Assembly: GCF_001186125.1 (NCBI RefSeq)
Contig: NW_014040556.1
Coordinates: 47,295 to 86,870, forward strand
Length of the DNA stretch: 39,576 nt
Source: Sphaeroforma arctica JP610
Taxonomy: Eukaryota
Reading direction: 5' to 3'
Under the pieces are notes generated by a model. The model had not been told where the DNA came from and searched no databases. It worked only from the letters and a program-made list of their open reading frames with translations. Positions 26,372 through 35,816 of this stretch are shown here, in pieces; position 1 is the stretch's first letter; the number at the start of each line of letters is the position of its first letter. The position numbers were made by a program, and so were the translations under genes.

Positions 26372-27652
26372 TGTAGCATCTAGGGACCAGATTATCAAAA
26401 GGCCAATCCAAAACCCAAAACCCAGGATCATCAAATATTTAGTTTTAGAATTAGGATTGTAATATTTCTGATATTAGAGTCATCAGAAATATTAGCGGTA
26501 GAACCGGTAAGCCATATCGGGGCCAGTCGATCTGAATTACTATATGGTTAAGGGAGAATAAGCACTATTATTAAGATCAATCAGAAAAATGAGGAACACA
26601 AGAAAGGGATCAATCCACATCCCAAGTAGAAGAAGCGGCATCGCACATATCAAGGTTCTAATTGGCCAATCTCGCTCACAACCACCGAGATCAAATCACG
26701 CACACATCAAAATTGAAAGACTTCAAGCAGTAGCATACCGTTACTATAACCCGAGCACAGGACATAAGAACACACACAACAAACACAGGAAGCAAACAAT
26801 TCCTACAAATTATGTACGAACAATAATAAGTATTTACTCAAATGACGGAATAAGCTAAACTAACAAACACCAAATGAACCTTCCCAAATACAGGAAGGAA
26901 CGCAACAGGCGATCCATAAATGCCAGTCAATCTGAATTACTATATGGTTAAGGGATAATAAGCATAATCATTAAGAGCAATCAGAAAAATGAGGAATACA
27001 TGAAGGGGATCAATCCACATCCCAAGTAGAAGAAGCGGCATCGCACATATCAAGGTTCTAATTGGCCAATCTCGCTCACAAACACCGAGATCAAGTCACG
27101 CACACGTCAAAATTGAAAGACTTCAAGCAGTAGCATACCGTTACTAAAACTCGAGCACAGGACATAAGAACACACACAGCAAACACAGGAAGCAAACAAT
27201 TCCTACAAATTCTGTAAGAACAATAATAAGTATTTACTTATATGACGGAATAAGCTTAACTAACAAACACCAAATGAACCTTCCCAATTACAGGAAGAAA
27301 CGCAACAGGCTACCGGCCCACGCAGAACGGTAAACACTTCACACGAAAGTGTAGCAAAGCGAAACCACAATAAAAGTAAAAGTGATACATTCAAACTTTA
27401 TTTATTCTATACGAATTATTACTAAGACAAGTGGGGTGAAGCGCGCATTCACACATAGTTTTGCAAGAGTCTTGACTAACAGTCCGCAACAACCACACAC
27501 CACCACAGACATATCAAAATGCCGACAGCAACCAGAGCAGGCGTGTATGGTGGGGAAGAAGAGGGAGCGTGCTCGGATGGCGCAGGTGTCAGCAAAAAAA
27601 GGGTGGGGGGGGGGGGGGGGCAAGCCTAGATAGTGGTTCAGGCCAACCTACA
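26372..27652 (+). mobile_element. LTR/leader relic related to the 17450 element, containing a 400-bp-period tandem duplication
   Basis: Starts TGTAGCATCTAGGG; copies at 26522-26910 and 26922-27310. The right boundary is approximate. Confidence 0.55.
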
Positions 27653-27689
27653 CCGGCTGGGGTACCCATTCTAGCCTCGGCGATGCGTC

Positions 27690-27800
27690 AAGAAATCACC
27701 AAAAGCATCTGCCAAGGCAACCGTGTCCTGGTTAGTAGGTTCGCTTCCAAATTGGAACAAACTGCTCCTGTGTCGATCCCGACTCTGCATAAGTTGAGAG
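27690..27800 (-). pseudogene. Retroviral-type aspartic protease fragment
   Basis: LCRVGIDTGAVCSNL, then (frameshifted) TVALADAFG. Confidence 0.45.
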
Positions 27801-27837
27801 TAGGCATTCATGACCAACAACCAGAACGACGCATGCC

Positions 27838-28167
27838 AATAAAGTTTCATCTGAAGAAAAGTTTAAAAAAAGAAAAAGACTTCTTGGATTTTGGAGATTG
27901 GCGGGAAGACCAAAACCTGTAAGTAGTAGTTCAGAGATTATAAAATTTAGTTTATAATATCCTACAACTACTATCGTCTCAAATAGGTCCAAGTAAATGA
28001 GTCATACCAAATACTCAGGTTATAGAAGCCATCAAAGTGAATTTAGAACACTTTGGAAATATTGAAAAAGAACTTGTATTTTAAATTATTTTAAATACAA
28101 ATAAAAACCAATGTGTTATCTCGTTTGATCTTGATATTTTAGACTGACCGGAGGCCGTATTTCTACA
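27838..28167 (-). repeat. 3' LTR of the MTase-gypsy element (distal ~49 bp missing)
   Basis: Direct repeat of 35866-36042 plus 36808-36959. Confidence 0.92.
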
Positions 28168-28293
28168 TAGCCCCCAGTAGCTTTTAGAACTACGGACGTA
28201 CGTAAAGGTACGATCTAGTTCGTAAAGCGAAAACCAAAGTAAAACGGTTTCGGTTTTGGCTTATTGAGTAAGTATGTGCCTATACGTACGAGT

Positions 28294-29760
28294 TCAAGAC
28301 TCATGTTGTACTCTATGTCGTTTAGTATTTGGTCCAGTAACCATTTCGGATGTAGGCGCCTTACGTTTATTACTTGGTGAGGTAATAACCAAAGGTTGTT
28401 CTTCATTAGTAAGTAAATTCGAAGAATTTTCTGCTCTGTTGGTATGCAGATCAAAAAGTTTAGTCACATAGAAAGTAGGTGACAAATAGGGAATTTCATA
28501 TCCATCCGGGGTTTTCCATTTATCTCGTGTGTTCTTATGTAAACGCTTATTCCATTTCTTACTGAAAATATGAAGGAAGTCGCGAGATTCACGAAACGTA
28601 TCGGAGGTTAGCCAAGCTACTGTCCCATCCATAAAACGGGTCTTGTAGTAAGTGTAGTCGTCTTCGGATGTTTTGCCAATTATATCGTTGACTTGTGACT
28701 CCATAACTGGGACATCAGAATCAAATGAGCGAGCGAATGAGAGTTCGGAGGTAGGGATATGGTGAGTGCCTAGATTAGTTGCGCTAGTACCATCTTTGTT
28801 ATTCACTTCGTAAGTATCACTCTTCTCATCATGGTAAGAAATAACAAAAGGTCCAACTGTCTTAGAAGAGAGTTCGGTAACGTTGGCATTGCGATTTATA
28901 ATGTTAACAGAATCGCCAACTTTGAACTGAACAATGTTCTTAGTGTTATTCCATCGGTCATACGCTTTAAGTAGGACACGATTTTTGTGCTCGAGTAAAC
29001 AGGGGTAAACAACGTTCTGCATATGCTCAATCTTTTGTAGTAAGGGAGTAACGTGTTTCTCGGGCGCAGTTTTGTCAAACGTTGCTTGTAATTCACTATA
29101 GCGGCCAAAGAAATAGTGAAACGGGAGTGTTCCAGTTTGAGGATTCATGCAGTTATACATTTGAGTCCGAACCCATTTCAAATGATAAGGCCACATATCC
29201 TCAACGTCATCTAGTGCGGTACGCAATAGCTTCTTTAGTTCTCTATGACGTGTCTCATTTGCACCCTGTGTTTGAGGATTATAAGGAACACCACGCCCAT
29301 GGGTCATACATGATACGAGTACAAGTGCCTCCATTACGTCGGTACAAAACTCACTACCGTTATCAGAACATAGTACTCGGGGGAAATCGAAGTCATTAAA
29401 GGCGTGATAGTATATCTCTGCCACTGCTTGCGGGCGTTTGTTTGGTATTGCATAAAGCAAGTTATAGCCCGAAGCCATACATAAGAAATGACAGATATAT
29501 ATATCGCCAGTATGCTTTGATCGCGGGAGTTAACCAAATCGACCATGACTCGGCGCATCGGTTGGTCTTCTGTCACACTTTTTAGGGGTGCCCAACCGTA
29601 GCGCTTGATCTGGTTCTTTTCACAAACAGCGTCGGTATACTTCACGTATGGTGTCTTTCAGCGCCGGGTGATCAAGCCCTGGACGAATAGCCATCTTATA
29701 AATATGCTCATATGCTCGATGAGTTAAATTATGTATTATTTTAACTCTACTCTCGAGCTC
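28294..29760 (-). pseudogene. DDE integrase with HHCC finger, GPF motif and C-terminal chromodomain (two frameshifts)
   Basis: IHNLTH...RRC/VC, VMVDLV, PRVLCSDNGSEF, YNPQTQGANETRH, FKVGD...GPFVI, and chromo-like QVNDIIG...YYKTRFMDGTVAWL. Confidence 0.93.
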
Positions 29761-30159
29761 TTCTGTGTCAGTCAGATTCTGTATAACGCTGGCTGGATGA
29801 ACCATAGTCCCGTCAGATAGGGCAACTTCAGTATCAGGAGGGGTAGACTCCTGAGATACGTAGTTAACAACATTAGATTGTTGAAGTATCTTCTTGAGTT
29901 GTTTTGCAACCTGTTCTTTAAGCAGCGCTTTAAGTAGTCGAGTGCGAGCTTCAGGTTCTCTTAGAGCTTTGAGTCTTTGATCCATGGCCTTAGCTAGTTT
30001 CATGTTTTTACGATATAATGCCATCTCAATCGGCATTACCTCGACTGCATTCTTGTTGGGTGCATGTGTTGTACGAGTCTTGAGCTTTTGTTCAAACTCC
30101 TTAGACTCCTCTAGTTTAGCTAAGAACTCGGTTGAGGGGGTTCACTTAGTGGTACCTGC

Positions 30160-30564
30160 AGGACCGATGCGACAAACGATGGTGTGTTTCCAAGGTGTCT
30201 TCTTAATAGAACAGGATCCCTGATACAAGAATGTGTCGGTTTCACGGTCGACATAGATAGGTTCGTCTTGTATCATATTAATTAAATCACGTATCCATGG
30301 GTCGGAGCTACGTAAGGGACAACACAGCGTAATGGTAGATTTAGTAATATTAACATAATTTAACAACTGTGCGATAAGTTGCCAAGGTGGGTTAGCCCAC
30401 GCATTATGCTTTGATAAGTCAAGTTGGAAGGCATCACCTTTAGGATGAGTCAACGACCTATTATCAGAAACCTGTTTGTTATGTTCTGCGGTGAACATAT
30501 CAATAGTAAATGGACCCCATCTTGATTGAGCGAGGTTAAACAATTTCTTATTAAGCATCCAATC
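30160..30564 (-). CDS. DNA amino-(N6A/N4C)-methyltransferase-like domain (DIRS-MT/phage Dam-like), in frame with RNase H
   Basis: DWMLNKKLF...WGPFTIDMFTAEHNKQ (SAM-binding motif I region), DAF, WANPPW (motif IV, 30382-30393), LIAQLL...ITLCCP...PW. The domain itself is uninterrupted. Confidence 0.85.
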
Positions 30565-30599
30565 GGTTGCTAATAACTCTATAACTGTTTTCTGGTAGT

Positions 30600-31171
30600 C
30601 AGGGACAAGTCGAGAGAGCATGTCAGGAAGATGTTTATGTATACCTGGTATGTGTGTAATGTTAAAAGCGAACTTAGCAAAAATGTCATGCCAGCGGCTC
30701 ACCAACTGTGAATCAGGGTTCATGTCCTTTAAATATGTTAAAGACTTTTGATCACAGGCGACAGTGAAGTTGCTTTTATAAAGATAGTCTTTTAAACTGT
30801 CTTAGCGCAGTAACAATAGCAAGGAGCTCTTGTTAAACGGTAGGGTAATTCCGTTGACTCTTATTATAACTCTTGCTAAGGAATTGTATGTAGCGTGGTT
30901 TACCATTTATCGTTTGGTATAGCACTCCACCTACCGCTCGATCTGAAGCGTCGGTTGCTACTTGGAATGGGACGCCATCCACAGGGTATTGCATGATGGG
31001 TGCGTCCATTACTTTACTTTTGACTAGCTTAAATGCATCATCACATTCTTTAGTCCAGAGCTTTCCCAAAGGTCCTTTGTACAGCCGTAGGTGACTGAAA
31101 GGCTTTAAGTAATGAGAAAGATGAGGTACCGAATCCGAGAAGAAGTTAACAAACCCACACACAGATTTCAC
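30600..31171 (-). pseudogene. RT connection and Ty3/gypsy RNase H
   Basis: GFVNFF...WTKECDDAF...APIM, VATDASDRAVGGVLYQ, SKSYNKSQRNYPTV*QELLAIV, FTVACDQKSL, RW...HIPG...PDMLSR. Confidence 0.93.
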
Positions 31172-32176
31172 ATCTCTTCCAGTAATCGGTGTTGATAAAT
31201 GATCAATTTCTACCCCTGCTGCAGATACCTTGTAACCAAGTAAGTGTATAGTATCTTTAGCAAAAGAACACTTTTCCTCGTTAATCTTAAGTTTGGCATG
31301 GTTTAGTCGCTTTAAGACTTCCTTAACGAGTTAAGCATGTTCATGTCCTATCTTTGTAAAGATAACTATATCATCTAAATATACTGATACGTTATCCGAC
31401 AGGTCCAGAAATAGTTCCATCATAACTTGTTGGAAGAAAGAAGGTAACACGTGTAAGCCTTCAGGTGCACCTTTAAACTGGTACTTCTTACCTTGCCAAG
31501 TAAAGGAAAAGTATTTCCTATCATGTTCATGTCCTGTCTTTGTAAAGATAGCTATATCATCTAAATATACTGATACGTTATCCGACAGGTCCGGAAATAG
31601 TTCCATCATAACTTGTTGGAAGAAAGAAGGTAACACGTGTAAGCCTTCAGGTGCACCTTTAATCTGGTACTTCTTACCTTGCCAAGTAAAAATAAAGTAT
31701 TTCCTATGCGGCTCATATATTTATAATTAATGGAATGCAACTTTTAAGTCTACCTTGGAAAATATAGTCGCACCTTCCATTTTGCGTAGTATCTCGCTTA
31801 TATTTGGTAAGGGAAAACTATGTTGCGGAATTAGTTTGTTGATTGGCGACAGGTCTAGTACTACTCTTGTTTTACTAAACGTTCCATCAGATTTATATTG
31901 ATCGACTGCTAAACGAGCTAAGTTAACTGGGGTTGCATCATAATTGATTTCAATTAGACCCTGTTTTAAACAATCTTTAATTTTGGTTTTGACAACGTCT
32001 TTGTGTCTCCAACTCACGTAGTTATATGAAGGACACTTTAGCTTAGAGAAGTCGACGTTTGTTAAGTCAAGCTTAACGTACCCGTTTAGGAACTTAAACA
32101 TACACCAGTCAGTTATTGCAATCTTTCTATTTTGTATAATTAAGTCCATTATTATATCGGTAAAGTGCGGTATCAT
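31172..32176 (-). pseudogene. Ty3/gypsy reverse transcriptase with an in-frame 186-bp duplication and stops
   Basis: RVVLDLSPINK, FPLPNISEIL, FSKVDLKVAFH*, PEGL...PSFFQ, and VYLDD (twice). Confidence 0.95.
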
Positions 32177-32269
32177 ATCCTTTGCTTCACCTTCCGGAGG
32201 TTTAGGTATCTTCTAACTTGTTATCATCTGACTGATCTTTATTTGGGTCTAGCCCATTAGGCAGACCAG

Positions 32270-32510
32270 TGAGAGTTATACCTAAACTGAGAAGATCAGT
32301 CATACCTATAATTAAATCGGATATCTGAGACATGTCAGTAACGGGTAACTTTGCCATTTCCCAAGATTAAATTAGTTGTTTCGTTATGGATAGCCATATC
32401 TGTAGCGTAGGCTACTCGGCGTGACATAGCAGATACTTCAGCCCCTGGATCAAAAAGTGCTATAACTTTTTCTCCATTTTCATAAACGGTTTGAAATATC
32501 CTTTGGTATA
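32270..32510 (-). pseudogene. Aspartic protease of the gypsy element
   Basis: VIALFDPGAEVSAMS and DLIIGMTDL (manual translation). Confidence 0.8.
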
Positions 32511-32566
32511 GATTTTATTGAACTTTTTTTCTCATAATCTTGCTCTAGTGCACACATATGGAACTG

Positions 32567-35416
32567 TCAGTGCTTAACTTGGACGTCCGGCATGTCCTTG
32601 CAATCATCTTTGTGCCAACCGTTAGTACCCTTGCAAGTAGTACACTCTTTCAAATAGTGTCCAAAGTTTGGCTTGCCTGGTGCACACTTAACAGAGTCGT
32701 GTTTACCATTCCACTTGCCATCACGTTTAGTGAGATTGTAACCACACTTTTTGCAAGATGCCCTCTCCTTCCTTTCACCCTTTGGTTCAGTAGAAGTAGA
32801 GCCTATACCACCTCCAGCAGTAGTGCGAGGTTTCTTAGTATTACGCGCAGTGTTATTCTCTATCGCGGTACGCTTAGCGGGCTAGGTAAAGCTCGAGGTA
32901 CTAAGTACTCTAGTAGATGGGTTGGTATGCTTTTGAACTATCTTCTCAACGACAGCCCAAGGCATAGATCGCAAATCATCATAGGCGATAAATCATCATT
33001 GACATTTTTAAAAAGAATAGCCCCCAGAGTCTCCATCATCGGACAAATTAATAAATATTCGCCAGTATAGGTACGACCTCCCATCCGAGTGTTCATATGT
33101 GTCATATGAGCTAGAGCACCTCGAATAGTAGTATCGTTCGCAAAGGACTTGTGAGACTCTGGAAGTTCACGGTCGCGTGCATCTTCAAAGAAGGCGTTAA
33201 GTATATTCTCACGTAACTGGCGCCAGGGTAGGGCTTTCCAGTTGGGCACATGGGCCTTCAAGATAGTTTTCCATTCCTCTGACTCACAGAAATGAATAAA
33301 GGAATTCATCATCTGCTTATCCTTAAGGCTGGCAGACTNNNNNNNNNNNNNNNNNNNNNNNNNNNNNNNNNNNNNNNNNNNNNNNNNNNNNNNNNNNNNN
33401 NNNNNNNNNNNNNNNNNNNNNNNNNNNNNNNNNNNNNNNNNNNNNNNNNNNNNNNNNNNNNNNNNNNNNNNNNNNNNNNNNNNNNNNNNNNNNNNNNNNN
33501 NNNNNNNNNNNNNNNNNNNNNNNNNNNNNNNNNNNNNNNNNNNNNNNNNNNNNNNNNNNNNNNNNNNNNNNNNNNNNNNNNNNNNNNNNNNNNNNNNNNN
33601 NNNNNNNNNNNNNNNNNNNNNNNNNNNNNNNNNNNNNNNNNNNNNNNNNNNNNNNNNNNNNNNNNNNNNNNNNNNNNNNNNNNNNNNNNNNNNNNNNNNN
33701 NNNNNNNNNNNNNNNNNNNNNNNNNNNNNNNNNNNNNNNNNNNNNNNNNNNNNNNNNNNNNNNNNNNNNNNNNNNNNNNNNNNNNNNNNNNNNNNNNNNN
33801 NNNNNNNNNNNNNNNNNNNNNNNNNNNNNNNNNNNNNNNNNNNNNNNNNNNNNNNNNNNNNNNNNNNNNNNNNNNNNNNNNNNNNNNNNNNNNNNNNNNN
33901 NNNNNNNNNNNNNNNNNNNNNNNNNNNNNNNNNNNNNNNNNNNNNNNNNNNNNNNNNNNNNNNNNNNNNNNNNNNNNNNNNNNNNNNNNNNNNNNNNNNN
34001 NNNNNNNNNNNNNNNNNNNNNNNNNNNNNNNNNNNNNNNNNNNNNNNNNNNNNNNNNNNNNNNNNNNNNNNNNNNNNNNNNNNNNNNNNNNNNNNNNNNN
34101 NNNNNNNNNNNNNNNNNNNNNNNNNNNNNNNNNNNNNNNNNNNNNNNNNNNNNNNNNNNNNNNNNNNNNNNNNNNNNNNNNNNNNNNNNNNNNNNNNNNN
34201 NNNNNNNNNNNNNNNNNNNNNNNNNNNNNNNNNNNNNNNNNNNNNNNNNNNNNNNNNNNNNNNNNNNNNNNNNNNNNNNNNNNNNNNNNNNNNNNNNNNN
34301 TATTTCCGATCTAGGCCAGCCAGCACATACCGAATGCATCAGTGGTCTGGTGCGACATTGGCTCACCCCCATCCTCGCTCCTCAACAAAATTATGTACCT
34401 GCATCCAACAACTGGTTCGATGCATCCTGGTAGGCCCGAAACTGCCGCCCATTGGCCCTGACCTCCTCCAGCAATTACAAGAGTGCCACGACTTCCATGG
34501 TATCTGGACCCTCCACAAACACCTTGGATCTTTTCTCCAGCATGTGGAAGAACCACCGTACCCTCACCCGTCTCTGACACATCAACAGATGTTCCCCATA
34601 CCCCGGCTAATCACGCTCTTGAAGTACTACTTCCAAATTTTGGTTCAAACCAAATCATCGCGCTTGTTGGTCCCGCCTATGATACTTCCGATTCAGGCCA
34701 ACCAGCACATACCGAATGCATCAGTGGTCTGGTACGGCATTGGCGCACCCCCATCCTTGCTCCTCGACAGAATTATGACGGATAACCTGGTCCTACTAGG
34801 TATTTCGTACTCTGCACCAACCACTTCCCCGGCACTACACGGCGCAGACCCGGTCCGTACCACAGAGGTGGGTACGCTACTTTGTAGGTCAGCAAGCGAA
34901 TACATGGCACATTCGATTGTATCAGTGTTTCATCAGCACTGGCCCGAATTGACTCAGCGCATATCCTCCATCGTCGACTCACTTGGCCCAAGCTTCAAAC
35001 GGGAATTTACTGACCACTTATTCCCATCGATCTTTTCCGAACCACTACAACGGCTATGAGAGCCATACCGTATGTTCATACATTGTAACATACATACCGT
35101 ATGTTCATACATTATAACATACATACATTGTAACTTATCTTTTTTTGAAATAAATAAAATTATCCCTACCAGGAGACACACGGACGCTGGCGAGCCTTTC
35201 CACGGCAGTTGAGACCTCCACATGCAAGGCTTTAGGGTCCGACGAGTCATCCTCAGAGTTTTCCTCAGAACCAAGCTCAGTAACGGCTTCCTCTACAGCT
35301 TCAACGACATGATCAGTACCAGACGGACCAGCGTCCCCAGTACCCTCAGGAACCTCAACAGGCTTAGCAGGCTTAGAGCTGGCGGCTCCCTTGGCTTCAG
35401 AACTTCCTTTAGCCAT
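32567..35416 (-). pseudogene. gag of the gypsy element, interrupted by a LINE fragment and an assembly gap
   Basis: ATG at 35416 (MAKGSSEAK...), capsid-like PWRQLRENILNAFF after the gap, and two CCHC-like knuckles near the C-terminus (~32595-32755). Confidence 0.75.
34301..35167 (+). mobile_element. 3' end of a LINE (ORF2 C-terminus, 3' UTR, AATAAA) inserted antisense into gag
   Basis: Homologous to 37370-37833. LHGADPVRT...LLCRSASEYMAH resembles a degenerate zf-RVT CCHC region; the left end lies in the gap. Confidence 0.6.
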
Positions 35417-35816
35417 AGTAATAGCTCAAGAATAAGAAAATTAATAAAGTCTAGGTATAGTAACTAGCGTGTAGCTAACACTAGGGTAGTATTAGCCACT
35501 ATGAGGTAGTATAGAATACTTACAGTTATGTCACTGGATAGTATAGACAGTCTAGAAGTAGTACACTACGGTAACTACTAGGTAACTGAAAAAAATGTAA
35601 ACTTCGATGGATATTTCTGTTTTAAACTATGTTATATAAACTAAGATACAATTTAAGTCAGTTAGGATTTAGCAGTGGTAGCTTGTGTACGAATGATTGG
35701 GACTGCCTCTTGGTAAGAGCCTTAATATCCTCGATCACACAGGACGTACCTCTAGCTGTTCTTTATTGAATAATTTCCACTAGAAGTACTAAGTTTTCAT
35801 GACCACATGTCTAATT

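Noticed and set aside
26522..27310. CRISPR-like or regularly spaced repeat array
   Set aside because: Only two long copies; no short repeat-spacer structure seen anywhere in the window.
30142..32176. Interpreting RT-RH-MT as an ordinary DIRS element
   Set aside because: No tyrosine recombinase is seen. A protease, gypsy-type RT/RH motifs, a DDE integrase in the continuing frame and direct TG...CA LTRs all indicate Ty3/gypsy.
32558..33070. 170-aa plus-strand ORF
   Set aside because: Antisense shadow of the gag C-terminus with no recognisable motif.
35795..35816. PBS of the MTase-gypsy element
   Set aside because: AATTAGACATGTGGTC follows the LTR; I found no recognisable tRNA match and no self-priming complement in the LTR.
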